From Lama guanicoe (lineage: Eukaryota), in contig MU056050.1 of the NCBI GenBank assembly GCA_013239625.1, forward strand, positions 6,209,366 through 6,273,365: a stretch of 64,000 bases of DNA, written 5' to 3'. A program made the position numbers and the translations under genes. Each line of letters starts with the position of its first letter. Positions within the stretch are counted from its first letter, which is position 1. Under the pieces are notes generated by a model. That model did not search any database. It was given only the letters and a program-made list of their open reading frames with translations, and was not told the DNA's origin. Positions 36,981 to 51,569 of this stretch are shown here, one piece after another.

Positions 36981-38734
36981 TGCCATCAATCTGTCACCAA
37001 TAAGCTTCAGATAATGCAGGTTGAGGAAAGGAAGGCTTTGGTTGCTGGCTTGGAAAGACCCTCCAGAAAGAGGAGAGTCATCCAAATAGAGTGTGTGTAT
37101 GTTTGAGGGGCTGTTACATCAGCAAAGACAAAAACAGGCTAGGCTATAACTATGAGTTCATTTAGAGAAAATGTTCACAATGACAACACAGAATTATTGT
37201 TTGAAGTAAGGATAGAGCCAATAGTCTTATAAACTCAGCCTCCCCATCTCTGCACCCAGATGCTCTCAAGACTCACCTGTGGAACCCTGAGTCTCTACCA
37301 AGTACAGTTGGAAAAGTCCTGCATGTTACCCTTGGTCCCAGCAGCAGGCCTAGCCTGCCTTTGTTCACCTTCCTAAGACAGGCATAATGAATTCAGCTTG
37401 GAGTGCAGGCTCTCTGACCCTGGGGAAGTCACCCTCCAAGTCAGCCATCTTGTGAAGCCAAGGTGCCTTCCTCACCAACCAGGGCATCGTTCCTCATGTT
37501 CAACTCCCTCCAAGTCCAGAAAGAGGGTCCCACTCCAGTGGATGAACTTTAGAAAGAACACGTGAACAAGCCCCACTGGGATTCCAGTTTGCACCCTAAC
37601 AATGTTTGCAGAACTTTCTTCCCTGTGATATTGGTGGATAATTAACTACCTCTCAGCTCTGAATCACACTGAGGACATGCACAGCACTGAGAATTTTTCT
37701 TTTGAAAACAAAAGGGAAATCAATTTCAGCCAATTCCGTTGTCACCATTTTATGAAGTTAAGATGCTCAATGTAAATTAATGTTTTGAATGTATGCCTTT
37801 GATCAATAGGTGTAATTATTGACTGAAATCACACAAAGCCAAAAGAAAACCAATCACTCCTGACACTGTAGGCTTTATACCATGCAGATAAATCCCAAAC
37901 ACAACTGCACTGAGCTCAAAGCTGATGTGACCCCACCCCACCCCCAATGCTACAAGTCAACTCTTAAAAAAGAAGCAAATATTCACTCTTTGCCTGCCTT
38001 CCTATGCAACTCCTCTGGATTTGTAATAGGTAATGTCCCCATTTACAGATGAGGAAGCTGAAGGCCAGAGGAAATATGTAAAGGTCACAAAGCTAGTAAG
38101 TTGTGACCAGGATTCACACCCAGAACATCGATTCTAGTGCCTAGAGGAGCACGATCTCTTTACTTCCTTTGCCACTGGTCTTAGATGCCTTGCTCCTCTC
38201 CTCCCCAAATATCACTTTCCATTCTGTTTCATGGAGTTCTGCTCATCCCTAGAGCCTGGCTGCAAAGGTGACACAAATACCCAGTTTCTCCTTCCCAGAA
38301 GACCTCAAACAACCAGAAACAAAGGATCATGCCAGGAAATGAGCAGAGATAGTATCATCTGGTAGATGAAGGTGCAGGATCAGTGACTTCAAGATGTAAG
38401 GCCTCATACATGCTGCCAGAACTACTGAACTTTAGAGGAATCCTTGAAAGACATGAAGTGGGTGGGATAGCATTAAAGAGAGAAACGACAGCCCACGACA
38501 TGGGCGGTAAAATTCTGCTGTAGTAGATGAGAGCAGTCCAAAGGTTGCTTCCTGCCTTCAGGTGGTGGAAACGGGAAGAGCTCAAGAGAGACACCAGTAC
38601 AAGATCAAATAGGAGCCCTCCCACCTCCTCCCTCTACAGGCCAGGTGGTCTCAACAATAGCAGCACAATATCTGCGTCCAGTTGGGAGCCATGAGTAGGG
38701 AGCTTGAATCCAAGAGACATCAAAGCTTTAGGTA

Positions 38735-39012
38735 TAAGACTGTCAGACAAATTACAGGACACCCAGTTAAATTTGAATTTCGGATTTAGCAATGGACTTT
38801 TTTCCCACAACTATACCCCATATATTGCATGGGACATACTTACACTAAAAAAGCAATTATTGTTTGTCTGCAATTCAAATTTAAATTCAAAACTTCTAAC
38901 ATTTTAAGATTTTAACATACAATATATGGGTCATACTTATATATTTTAAGAGGTCATTACTAACCTGAAATTTACTTAGGAATTCTTTTATTTACTTAGC
39001 CTGGCAACCCTA
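38735..39012. mobile_element. MER53-type MITE with internal duplication
   Basis: CAGGACACCCAGTTAAATTTGAATTTC...CTGGCAACCCTA; GGGACATACTTA/GGGTCATACTTA occurs twice. Confidence 0.7.
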
Positions 39013-39169
39013 TTGATGAAGCTTACAGCCTCCGAGAGGAATAAAGAACACTCATGTCTGGAAGAACACTCACCCATGTCCTCCTCCAGCAAGATCTCCT
39101 ATTCTCCTTTAAAATGATCACAACGAACAGTAGCAACTTCCATCCAGTCCCTCAACCAGACTGTGCAGA

Positions 39170-40920
39170 GGCAAGAACTTCGAACATGTAAGGAAAACGC
39201 GTACCATTAAAGAGAAACAACAAAGTCAGTAAGTAAAAGAATTTGAGTTAGAACAAACAAAATTAACAGGAAAATCAAAATAAGACCTTCACATACGTTT
39301 GATTTATTCCCTCAGAAAGAAATAGAAGGATATTACATCCAGAAAACAGGAGTAAATGGTTTTGAATAAGAACTAAAGGTTATCTTTAAAGCTACTTAGA
39401 GATCTTGAAAATTAAAATATAACTATTAAAATAAATAGCTCAACAGATGTGCTAAATAGTAGATTAGATTTACATGAAATGCAAATAAGCAGCAAGATTG
39501 AACTGAGAAATTATCCAGTAGAACCCAAAGAGTTAAGAAGGTAGAAAATGTAAAAGTACAAAGACATAGAAGACAGACCTAGAAGTCTGGATATCAGTCT
39601 AATAGAAGGTCCAAAAGAAGAGAGCAGACAAAATGGAGAGGAGGCAATGTTTGAATAAATAACAGTTAATATTTTCCCAGAACTAAAGAATGATGAGTTT
39701 AATTGAAAAGTCCCATCAAGTGCCAAGGAGGATAAATTAAACATACACACACACACACACACACACACCCTTAGACACATTATAGTACAATTTCAGAAAC
39801 CAAGGATAAAGTGGTAAAAGTTACCAATGCAGAAAGAGAACTCAGAGTACCAGAAAGGAATGAGAATCAATTCGACATTAGACTTCCATCTGCAACAATG
39901 GATGCAAGAAAACAAGGAGCATTCCTATTGTTATATTACAGAAAGAACATTGATTCCAAGAGGAAGCAGTGACATTCAAATCCAAAACTATCAATATGAG
40001 AATTGGGGATGGAGAGAAGAGGGTAGTAAAAGCATGCTAAGGTTATACTTACTAATTACAGTGTTAGAAAAAATGTAACTTTATGTGTATGTTAAAAATT
40101 TAAGGGTTGGGGAGGGTATAGCTCGGCGGTAGAGTGTGTGCTTAGCATGCACAAGGTCCTGGGTTCAATCCCCTGTACCTCCATTTAAAAAGAAATAAAC
40201 CTAATTACCTCTCCCTAAAATAAAAAAAAATTTGAGTGATTAGTAGAATATAGAAATAAAATGTATAATTTTCCAACTTGAAAGAAGGGGAATAAAAAAC
40301 TCAATCCATTCAACAAAAAGCAGAAAGGAAAAAAATGAATAAAGTGAAAGCATGATATGGTTATAACAGGAAATAAGAAGTAGGAATAACCTCATACACA
40401 TCAGTAATCACAGTAAATGTGAATGAATTAAAGTTATCTATTAAAAGACAGTAAAAATGATCCAACTAGATGTTACATGCAAGAGACAAAATAAAATACC
40501 TATAATGGAAAAGAATATGAAAAAGGAATATATACGTATATGTATGACTGAAACATTATGCTGTACACCAGAAACTTGACATATTGTAAACTGACTATAC
40601 TTCAATAATTTAAAAAATTGCATTTGACAGTTGAAGCAAAAATTATAAAATAAAATAAATCAATCCTTTTTTTGCTCATTGAAAAGAAATTGACACATTT
40701 TACCAAAGCTTCAAGAAAGCAATATTTAAATGTAATGAATAGAAAAAGTTCTGGAAGTCTATAAACAAATAGATAATAGTGATTACTTCTGGGGAAAGGA
40801 GGTGGAAATTATGATCAACAGGGAGATAATAAATAATATTTTCATTTTCATAAGAAGAATATATTCATGTATTTCTTGTGTAACTTATAATTCATTTAAA
40901 AGTTGCCCTACAATTTAAAT
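39170..40920 (+). mobile_element. Old L1M fragments (ORF1 region and downstream), hosting a SINE, a (CA)n and a young L1 tail at about 40497-40620
   Basis: L1 ORF1-like AATAGAAGGTCCAAAAGAAGAG...AATATTTTCCCAGAACT...GAAAGGAATGAGAATCA; ORF2 start-like TAATCACAGTAAATGTGAATG. Confidence 0.7.
40109..40230 (+). mobile_element. Full-length Vic-1-type tRNA-derived SINE
   Basis: GGGGAGGGTATAGCTCGGCGGTAGAG (A box) ...GGTTCAATCCC (B box)...AAACCTAATTACCTC, then an A-rich tail. Confidence 0.9.
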
Positions 40921-41009
40921 GCCAAAAAAGGTCTCAATCTGTACCTAAATTGAAGACCTAAATGAAATGGACAATTTCCTTTTTAAATTACCAATACTGG
41001 CTCAAAATC

Positions 41010-41205
41010 CACCGCTTCCAAGCTGAGTGAGCTTTGGCAAATTATTTAACATCTCTGAGCTTCAATTTCTCTATAAATAGTGAACAGTAATAGTGCCTTC
41101 CTTACAGGTGTTATAAAAATTAAAATTAAATGAGTTAGACAATGGAAAGTGCTTAGCACAGTGCCTGGCATATAATAAGTGCTCAATAATTGTTCATTGT
41201 CACCA
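41010..41205 (+). mobile_element. MIR SINE
   Basis: TTTAACATCTCTGAGCTTCAATTT...GTGCTTAGCACAGTGCCTGGCATATAATAAGTGCTCAATAA. Confidence 0.85.
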
Positions 41206-41828
41206 TTACTATTTATTAATAAAATAACAATATTGAGGAATTACAGAGACACAAAACCTTACAGTGATCTCAAAGTCACCATCCTTAGTGTGTAATTCCC
41301 AACTGCCTTCTGAGGCAATCCCCCCTTGGAATTCTGTCTTGTACTCTCATTCTTGACTGTTGGCCTTACTCTCCCTCCCCACCCATAACCCTGACCCACT
41401 TCAGAGAAAGTCACATGGGTTCTCCTTTCTTGTTTGTTTCCTTTTTTTAAATTATTGTGGTAAAATACACATACCATAAAATTTACCATTGGAATCATTT
41501 TTAGGTGTAGAGTTCAATGGCATTAAGTACATTTACATTGCTGTTCAATCATCACCACCATCCTATCTAGAACTTCATCACTGCAAAAAAATTCTGCACC
41601 CAGTTAAACAATAATTCCCCCATTGTATATTCTTTTTCCTGAAATTCCCTCTTCTCTGCATAAAAATTCTAAGCATTTGTCTCCAAGGACACATAGCATC
41701 TCTAAAGCTCTCCAGACTGGATGCCTTCCAGTTCTCCAAGTTTCTAGAATGATGGTCTTCAGGCCTTTCCTCATAGTCAGTACTTTCAATGAAAGTAGGG
41801 AAGGCATCTTTTAAAATATATTTACAGG

Positions 41829-42323
41829 CCATTTGCAGCAACATGGATGGACCTAGAGACTGTCATTCTAAGTGAAGTAAGCCCGAAAGAGAAAGAAAAA
41901 TACCATATGATATCACTCATATGTGGAATCTAAAAAAAAAAAAAACGGACACTATGAACTTATCTACAAAACAGAAACAAACCCACAGGCATAGTAAACA
42001 ATCTTATGGTTACCAGGGAAATAGGTGGGAAGGGATAAATTTGGGAGTCTGAGATTTGCAAATGTTAGCCACTATATATAAAAATAGATTTTTAACAAAT
42101 CAAGTTTCTTCTGTATAGCACAGGGAACTATATTCAATATCCTGCAATAACCTTTAACAAAAAAGAATGTGAAAACAAATATATGTATGTGTATGCATGA
42201 CTGGGACATTGTGCTGTTCACCAGAAATTGATACATTGGAACTGACTATACATATATAATATTTATATTTATTTATTGTATATATGTATATATGTGTGTA
42301 TATAAATATATATATGTATATAC
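41829..42323 (+). mobile_element. 5'-truncated young L1 whose tail is a (TA)-rich microsatellite
   Basis: CCATTTGCAGCAACATGGATGGACCTAGAG...ACTGACTATAC then (TA)n; TSD ATATTTACAGG at 41818-41828 and 42324-42334. Confidence 0.9.
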
Positions 42324-42385
42324 ATATTTACAGGGATAACAAGCCATTTTAAGTCATTCGAATCTTACTGACCTACATAGAACCT

Positions 42386-42829
42386 GTTATGGGTTGAATT
42401 GTATCCCTCAAAAATTCATATATGGAGGCCAAACCCCTAGTACCTCAGAATGTGACCTTATTTGGAAATAGCACTGATGCAGACCCTAATTAGTTAGGGT
42501 AAGATGAGGTCATAATGGAAGTAAGAGGGGCTCCTAATCCAGTATGACTGACTACCTTATAAAAAGAGCACCATCTGAAGAGACAGACATGCGCACAGGA
42601 AGAACGCCATGTGAAGATTGGAGTTTTGCTGCCACAAGCCAAGGAACTTCCAGAAGCTAAAAGAGAAGCCTGGAAGAGAATGCTTCACTAGCATCTTCAG
42701 AGGGACCATGGCCCTGCTAATCCTTTGTTTTTGAACTTCTGGCTTCCAGAACTGAGACAATAAATTTCTGTTGTTCCAAGCCATCCAGTTTGTGGTCCTT
42801 TGTTACAACAGTCTGAGGAAACTAATACA
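42386..42829 (+). mobile_element. MaLR solo LTR (MLT1C-like)
   Basis: TGTTATGGGTTGAATTGT...CAGAATGTGACCTTATTTGGAAATAG...AATAAATTTCTGTTGTT...GAAACTAATACA. Confidence 0.9.
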
Positions 42830-44219
42830 GTCACCTACTAAAGAAAATGGGAGGGGGAAAATTTGAAGGCAGTGGAGGGCTGTTGGCATGTATTAGGAGT
42901 TTATTGACCTGGGTAACAAATTACTCAGAGAATAGGGTACTTTCAGAGAGAGTCAGCTTAGGGTAGAGGCCATAGTTGGGAGCTATGGATAGTAGGGGCA
43001 TTATAACGGTCCTGGAAGACTCAGAATGTCAATAAAAGCCAGGCCTGCTTACTGCCATTTTCTTAGTGTTTCCAAGAATACTTTTTCTGGGTCCATCTGA
43101 TGACTCCCTGATGCCACATGATGTATAACTTCTTCCTTTTTTGTGCTATTTTTTGTTCATCTAAAGAGAAGATCTCTTGGGAGCAGACAGGCACTTGACG
43201 GGAACGGTCAGAGGAAGGCAGGCTCTCCCATATCTAAGCTGCCCAGTTTGGCATCATGAAATACTACCTAGTGTTCAGCTCACATCTTGTTTAACTGGAG
43301 GCTGATTTTTACCTTTTAAAGGGCAGTAGGCTACCCTGGGTATTCAGCAGGAGCTTTGAAGACATGGCATTTGGAATGAGTTGTGATATTCACTCTGCCT
43401 TTCCTGGAAGACTGGAGGCAGGGCCCACTTCTCTGTTAACCATGGCGTGGTTTCCTTACTATAGACCAGAGGCTCAGGAATCCAAGAAGATCTTTCAGCC
43501 AGCAGCTGTTGTCTAAGAGGTGGGACTGAGGCCACGGAGGCCTGTCCAGAAAGCTACTCTGTAACCCTGCTGACCTGCCTCGTGGCTGAAAAGGCAAGGA
43601 CCTTTCTCCAACGCTTGAAATTGGCTCCTCTGTTTCATCGGAAATGAAATTCACAGAATTTAGAAGTTCATGAGGCCAAACTCGTGTTCACTTGCTGATT
43701 TGGCCCTTAATGATCTCTCACTTCTCATCTGTGTCTTCCTGTGTTCCAGCCTCTTGCCAGTGTGCCCATAATACAAAGAAAATAGCCCCTTCTCAGCAAA
43801 TATCTTGAGGTTTATAAATGACAAATAGCTGAAAAGGGAGAGAGCTGGTACCTTAGTTGACTATATAAGTTAAAATGTGCCATCTTTTATTTTTAATTAT
43901 CTTTTGTTTTTTAATTTCCCCAGTGAATCTTTGCAGAAGTTAGGTAACCGTAATTACAAGTCAAAAGGAAAGTCTTCCCCACAGAATAATTGGCAAGATT
44001 TTCAGCCATAATCATCTTGACCAAATATCTAATCATCAAACAATCATACCCCGGGCATTTGCAAAGATTTTTCAAGATCTAAAAGTGTACTCCTTTAAGA
44101 AGACACCAAATAAAAAAAGTAAAATGAAGGAAATATGGCTAAGTTTTGCATTGTCACTATACTTTGTTCAGCTTTTTGAAAGATAGTATAAGCTCTAATG
44201 TATGGTGTGACTCATGTAC

Positions 44220-45590
44220 TCGTGTATTCATTCAACAGACATTTTTAAAGAACTTATTATGTTTTAGGCACCATGCTGCACACTGAAGATACAGTGGTAG
44301 GCAAGATGGACCCTGCTTGCACGGGCTTATGGGTTAATTAGGAAGATATACAACTAAAGCAGCGATTATAGTAATGTGTGATGCAGTCTATAAAAAGTTA
44401 ACCTTTCAAGGAGATGTGAGACTGCGGCGGGGGAACATTTTCTCTGGACTTGGGAGTGGGAGTGGAGTTATGAAGACTTCCCAGGGGTGGGGACATTCCA
44501 GTTGAGACTAGAAGGATGAGTTAGTCTGGCAGTATGTGTGCAGATGGGAGTTCCAGTCAGTAGAAACCCATTCAACAGGCTAAAGCTGTGAGGCTTTGAA
44601 TAGGGTACATACAGGGAACCGAAACAAGTTCACTATGGTTGGAGTATTACTGTAAGAGAGAGTTCCTGTTTAAATAAATGAGGTTGGATAAGTGGACAGA
44701 TGCCAGGTCATAAAAGGTTTTCTAAAATGTGTTAATAAATGTAGGCATTTTCCTCAAGCAATGGGAAGCCACGGAAGGCTTTTGAGCGGGGAAGTGACAT
44801 GGTCAGATTTATGCTTTAAAAAGCACACTCCAGCTGTAATGTAAAGAACTGACTGGAAATGGGGAAAGAATAGAGGCAGGGAGACCAGTGAGGTTACTGC
44901 AGTAGTCCAACAGAGAAATGATGGTGGCCTGGAAGGGAGTGGTAATCTACAGTGCAGTGATGGAAATGGAGAAAAGTGAAAAGATTCAAGAGATATTTAG
45001 AAGGTAAGATGAACAGGACTTAATGACAATATTGGAGAGGGGGATAAAAGGTGTCAAGGATGAGTCCTTGATTTAGGGCATGGAACTTTAGGTGGCTGAT
45101 GATGTCATTCACTGAGATACAGAACACAGGAGAAGGTGCAAACTTGAGACTGTGGGGAGGAGAAGGACAGGACTTTAGTATTGGAAATTTGGAGTTTGCA
45201 GCACATGTGGTATATCTAGATGGAGATCCCTAATCAGTAATAGAGGAGAGGCTTGGGCTGAAAATAAAACTTGAGAGTCACCATCATTTAGATTATACCT
45301 GAAGTCACCAGATAAGATTGCCTAGGCAGAGAATGGAGAACAATAAGTAAAAAGGGCTGAGGCTCAAGTCCTAAGAAACCCAACATTTAGAGTCTAGGTG
45401 TAGGAGAATGAGCACCCAATGAGACTGACACAGAGAGGCCAGGAAGAGGAAAATCAGAAGAGGTGTATCATAGATGACATAGGAAAGGAGTGTGTTTAGC
45501 AAAAGAGAGTAGTCAACAATGTAGTAGGCTACTGAGAAGCCAAGCAACATGGGGACTGAGTGTCCACAAGATTTAATGATATGGAAATAA
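44220..45590 (-). mobile_element. Long L2 fragment
   Basis: ATTCATTCAACAGACATTT tail; AATGGGAAGCCA.GGAAGG.TTTTGAGC.GGGAAGTGACATG; GGCAGGGAGACCAGTGAGG; ATTCAAGAGATATTTAG. Confidence 0.85.
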
Positions 45591-47527
45591 TTTTGTATCC
45601 ATATCTCAGCTGGGTTCATTTTGATCTTGCCTAAATTCAACCAAAGTACTTTCACTTTTGTTTGCCTTACAATATTGGGCTTCTTAACTTAAGATTCCAT
45701 CTGAAGAAAAAATTCCATGGATTTTAAAAAAATTGAATGAAAACAGTAAGAAGTAGCCACTAGACTAAGAATTCCAGCTTCAGCTGAAATATTAGCATTG
45801 CCTTTCCAGCTCTAATATTCTGTGACTCTGTCCACTCAAGATACACCCCAGTCTAGACTTACCCTATTTTACTAACATTATCTCCAAATGGTTCCTAGCA
45901 TGGACCTTCAGACCTATTAGTCAGCCTCCCTATATTGTCAACCTCATGTCAGTTTCTTTGTATTCCTTTCTATCCTGTCCATAAAAATCCTTCCATGTCA
46001 AACTTGAGTTCCCCTTCTCTCAGAGGCCTTCCTTGACTCCATGTCATGCTGATCGTCTGCTCCTCTGCTCTTGTTTTAGCAATTATTACACACTACTTCT
46101 AACTTAACAGTTTTCTGTTTGAGACATGGCAGTCTTATCACCCTAGTGAGACTATCAATTCTTCTAGAGCAGCAGCTATGTATTTACCTGCCTGTCCACT
46201 CCCACATGTGAGACACAGGCTACATGCTCAGCAAATACCTATTAAAAATCATTTTTCTCCTGAAACTGGTACACAGCTTTCCTTTTTAGCTGTTAAGGCA
46301 GCAAGACCAAGCCCTACACTCCGCTATTTGTGGTATGCTTATTGCAAAGGATCTTCATTCTATGACATTTGCCATAGTTAATGGGGTGAGGCAGGGAGAT
46401 GTCAGTATTTTAGTTGCAGTAAATCACCAAAAAAAAAAAAACCAAACAAAAAAACCCAGGTAAATGCCACAGGAAAGAAAACAACAGCCGGTGCTGTGTT
46501 CAGGAATCTGGGACTTTTGTTACAAACCCTCAAACCCTAGTGTGGGTCTGGCCTTGAGAATGAACATCTCACACTGAGAGGCACTCACTTTTAAAGAAGG
46601 TCATGTTTGAGGTCACAGCTAGTGGACTATATTGCTTTAATGGGGACAATATAAAAATCATACATTTTCTACACAAGGGCTGGGGAATGATTTTGCCTTG
46701 GCTTATGATGCATTTACCCTGGAAGGAAAGCAGGTAAACGTGGTTGAGACTTCCATTAAGCTGTAAAACTTGATGGAGCCAATTATCTCCCTCTGAAACT
46801 CAGCCAATATAAGGAGGAGGAGAAGAGAAATGGCTTGGAAATGGAAATGGGACATTGATAGAGATATGAGGGGCATCAGGAGGTCTGAGATTTTCATAGT
46901 GGTCCACAAAGAAGAGGGGGTCCTGAGAGAACAAAATTTAACTGAAGTCAGTGAGCTTTTACTGAGCCCCTTTGGCTCCCACAAGCCTTTGTGTTTAGCC
47001 CTTTTGTGGATGATATTAAAATACAGGGTTCCTGGTCCTTGCTCTGTAGAAAACTATAATGTAGTTGTTAAAGCCAAGACAAAGATAACCAAATTAACAA
47101 AAGAACATTTACAAAGTGGTATGAGTGGAAACAAAATATAAATTAGCTTCAAGCACCTATGAAGTGGGGAGTCAGAGAATTACAAGGTGTGTGTGTCCAC
47201 AAGTGTACGTGTGCCCAGTTGTGTCTGCTGGGGAGGTGGTGGTGCAATAATCTGGGAAATGGAGCTTCAACCTGAGGAAGTGTATGAGCTAGATCATTGG
47301 AGGAAATGAAGCCTTCTCTGTAACTATATCAGCAGTGGGTGCAGAAGCAGAAATAGAACAGGGCATGTAAAGAAAAGGATTTTAAAAATCAGGCTATTTA
47401 GACCAGCTGGTCTTTGTGAGCACGGCTGGGATTGGGGAATTGGGCAAACAGGCATGAAAAGGTTGGTAGTGGGGAAAAAGTTGGATGATCAGTTGAGACT
47501 AGTTAAAAGAGAGCCTCAAAATCCATA

Positions 47528-49660
47528 GCTAGCATCATACTTAATGGTGAAAGACTGAAAGCTTTCCCTCTCAGGTCAGGAACGAGACAAAAATGCTGTC
47601 ACCAATTCTATTCAACATTGTACTGGTGGCTCTAGCCCAATCAGGCAAGAAATAAAAGGCACCCAGAGTAAAAAGGAAGAAGTAAAACTATCTGTATTTG
47701 CAGATGACATGATCTTGTATATAGAGAACACTAAAGAATCTACTAAAAAATCTATTATAACTAATAAATAAGTTCAGCAAGGTTGCAGGATACAAGATGA
47801 ATATACAAAAAAATTACATTTCTATACACTTGCAATGAACAATCAAAAAATTAAATTAAAAAAACAATTACATTTACAATAGCATCAAAAATAATAAAAT
47901 ATTTAGGAATAAGTTTTTAAAAAAGTAAAAAACTTATACTCTGAAAACTATAAAGCATTGTTGAAAGATATTAGAGATTTAAATAAATAGAAAAAATCTC
48001 ATTTCATGGATTGGAAGATTTCATATTGTTAAGATGTCAGTAATCCCCAAATTAATCTACAGATTCAACATAATCTCTACCAGAACCCCAGCCAACTTCT
48101 TTGTAGAAATTGACAAACCAATTCTAACACTAATATGGAATTACAAGTTGCCCAGAATAGCCTAAACAACCTTGAAAAGAAAGAACAAATTAGGAGGAGT
48201 CACACTTCCTGATTTCAAAACTTACTAAAAAGCAGTGGTAATCAGGACAGTATGGTAGTGGCACAGGATACACATATAGATCAGAGGAGTAGAATCATGA
48301 GACCAGAAGTAAAACCATGTGTCTAGGATCAACTGATTCAACTGATTTTTGACAAGGGTGCCAAGACCATTCAATTGGGAAAAAAATATTCTTTTCAATA
48401 AATGGTGCTGTGACAACTGGATAGCCATATGCAAAAGAATAAAGTTATACCCTTACCTCACATCCTACACAAAAATTACCTCAAAATGGGTCAAAGACCT
48501 AAATGTAAGAGCTAAAACTATAAAATTCTTAGAGGGAAATACTGAGGTAAATTTTCACGACCTCAGATTTTGCAAAGGATTCTTAGATATGACACCAAAA
48601 GCCTGGGCAACAGCAACGACAACAAAAATAGATAAACTGGACTTCATCAAAATTTAAAACGTTTGTGTTTCAAAGGACACCATGAAAAAAAGTGAAAAGA
48701 GAACCAATAAATGGGAGAATATATTTGCAAATCATGTATCTCGTAAGTGATTTGTATCCAGACTATTAAAAACTCTTACAACTCAACAATAAAAAGTCAA
48801 ATAACTCAATTCAAGATATGGTCAAATGATCTAAATAGACATTTCCCCAAAGAAGATATACAAATAGGCAATTAGCACATGAGAAGATGTTCAACATCAT
48901 TAGTCATTAAGGAAATGCAAATTAAAACCACAAGGAGACACCATTTCATACCCACTAGGATGGCTACAATAAAAAAGATAAACAATAACAAGTACTGGGG
49001 AGGATGTAGAGAAATTGGACCCCTCATACATTTCTGGTGGGACTATTAAATGGTACAGCCACTATGAAAAACCATGTGGAAATTGCTCAAATGGTTAAAT
49101 ATAGTTGCCATATGACCCAGCAATTTCACTCCTAGTTATTTACCTAAGAGAAACCAAAACATATGTCCACACAAAAGTTTGAAGACAAATGTTCAAGGAG
49201 CATTATCCATATAGTCCAAAAGTGGAAACTCAAATGTCCATTAACTGATGAATGGATAGACAAAAAACAGTGTATCCACCATACAAGGGAATATTATTCA
49301 GCTATAAAAAATGAGGTTCTGATACATGCTACAACTTGGATAAACCTTGAAAACATTTTTCTAAGTGAAAGAACAATCACATTGGACCACATATAGTATG
49401 GTTCCATTTATACGAAATGTCCAGAGCAGGCACATTTATAGAGCCAAAGAGTAGATTAATGATTACTTAGGGATAGGACAGTAAGAGGGGAAATAGGAAG
49501 TGTCTACTAATGGGTATGGGGTTTCTTTTAGGAGGAATGGAAATTCTAAAATTAGATTGTCATGATAGCTACACAACTCTGTGAATATACTAACAGCCAT
49601 AGATTGTACACTTTAAGTAGGTGAATTACATAGTATGTGAGTTATATCTCAATAAAATTG
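47528..49660 (+). mobile_element. L1 (L1MA/MB-type) ORF2 RT-to-C-terminus plus 3'UTR, decayed
   Basis: FADD motif at 47697-47708 (LSVFADDMILYIEN); ORF 48349-48657 (LFNKWC.DNW..ICKR.KL.PYLT.YTKI.SKW.KDLNVR); AATAAA at about 49651. Confidence 0.95.
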
Positions 49661-49661
49661 A

Positions 49662-50083
49662 TATTATGACTTGAGTTGAATTGTATCTCCCAAAAAGACA
49701 GGTTAAAATCCTAAGTGCCAGCACCTGTGAATATGACCTTATTTATAAAAAGGGTCTTTGCAGATTTAATCAAATTAAGATGAAGTCGTGAGGTTGGTCC
49801 ATAACTCAACATGACTGGTATAAGAGAGAAATTAGGGGAAATATCACAGAGATACAGACTGGGGTGATGCACTTGCCAGCCAAGGAACACGAAGGGTCAA
49901 TGGCCACCACCAGAAGCTAGGAAGAGACAAGAGATGATTCTATCCACAGTCTCAAAGGAAGCATGGCTCTGCTGACACCTTGATTTAGGCCTCTAGCCTC
50001 CATAACTGTGATACAATAAATTTCTGTTGTTCTAAGCCACCTAGTTTGTGGTATTTTGTTATGCTAGCCCTACCAAAATAATA
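49662..50083 (+). mobile_element. MaLR LTR (MLT1C-like) inserted at the L1 3' end
   Basis: GAGTTGAATTGT..CCCAAAAAGA...TGACCTTATTT...AATAAATTTCTGTTGTTCTAAGCCACCTAGTTTGTGG. Confidence 0.85.
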
Positions 50084-51569
50084 AAGCTGTTTAAAACATA
50101 AATAAATAAAACAACACAAAAACTTTCAATTTGTGTGAGATATCAGAAATAACACTGGACTAGGAGTTAAAAGAACTAAATTTTGTCACAATTCTCTCCT
50201 GATTCACTGTATGACATCAAGCAAGTCACTAGAACTCTGAGCCTAAGCTTTCCCGTTTATAAAATGCAAAGATTAGTTTACATAATCACTATAGGTACTC
50301 TTAAGGATGACATTTCTCACCATTAATATAACTCATTCATTTTACAATTCTGAAAATGTTAGCATGGGGCTCCAAATTCATATGATACCAGTAAAAAGTA
50401 CTGAAATATTTTATAATCAAACTAACTCCTTCCATCTTGAAGCTCTTTTGCTCACCTTGAAATCTCACTGGAACTAAAATCACTCCCATTTCTTCTTAGC
50501 TCCTATTGGAAAACAAAATCATTCCCCAGGCTTTGTGGGACATACCATAGTTTGTGACACACAATACAGTTGTGAATTAAACTCCACTTGTCCTTTCTTT
50601 TATACTTTGTAAAGGTAGAAACTCCCTTCCAGCATTGTGTTAATATAAAACCTATGTGAGGCCAATAACTATGCCTCATTTAACCAAATAAAGAAAAATA
50701 GCACTGCCCTAGTTCTTGTTCTGCCTTGTATTTAAAGATGCCTTATGTAATGTATAAACCATTGGTTTTGATATACATTGCAGAAATCTTGACCTGATTT
50801 CCCCTTTGTTATTAAAAATGTACAGCATACTGTTGCACAACACAGTAAATGTTCAAAATGACTTCCCCCTCCCCTTTCTACGTTTTAAAGATTTGGAGCA
50901 TAATACTCTTTCCTTTATGTTTCCTTTACGGTTTTTCAAACTTCCTTTCATCTCTCCTGTGGTCCTTTCTCTTTGCAAGAAAAGTCATTTGACCCTCTTG
51001 ACACTGGCAAACTCCACTGTAGCTCAAGAAATGGAGTATGGGTCAGTTGCTGAATTGTACACATGCCATAAAGATGTCTTCTTTAATAGATAGCTCCATG
51101 TTTAAATTAACTTCCAAGATCACCACAAACCGGCAGAATGTTTTCTCACAGGCTGACTATTTCAGGAAGCAGTTTTAACTTTAGCTTCAAAATAATGAAC
51201 TCTTTTAAGTGCCAATCATTGGCTTTTTGGCAACTCATTAAGGTTTCTATTTAGTAGCTTGCCTGTTGCACTTAAGATTTTACAACTTACTATTGTTAAT
51301 TTGTATCAAAATATTTTAATCCTGTAGGTATTTATAAAATGGCATTTTCAATTTCATGCTACAGTAGTTAGCTTTATATTCATTCTTTCAGTCACTCATT
51401 CATTCAATATTTGTTGGGTATGATGTGAAGTTTCATACAGACTGAATTTTTACAAATTGAACCACATTCCAGTACAAATCATGAATGGCTATTCACACAA
51501 AACCTAGAGTGGGTCCTTCTGTAAAGTAAATAATAATTTGATAAAGAGATACCTCTACTTTAATGTATG

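Noticed and set aside
40109..40181. tRNA-like sequences with A and B boxes (also at 60680 and 60855)
   Set aside because: They carry a SINE tail and poly(A) and occur as several diverged copies, so they are tRNA-derived SINEs rather than tRNA genes.
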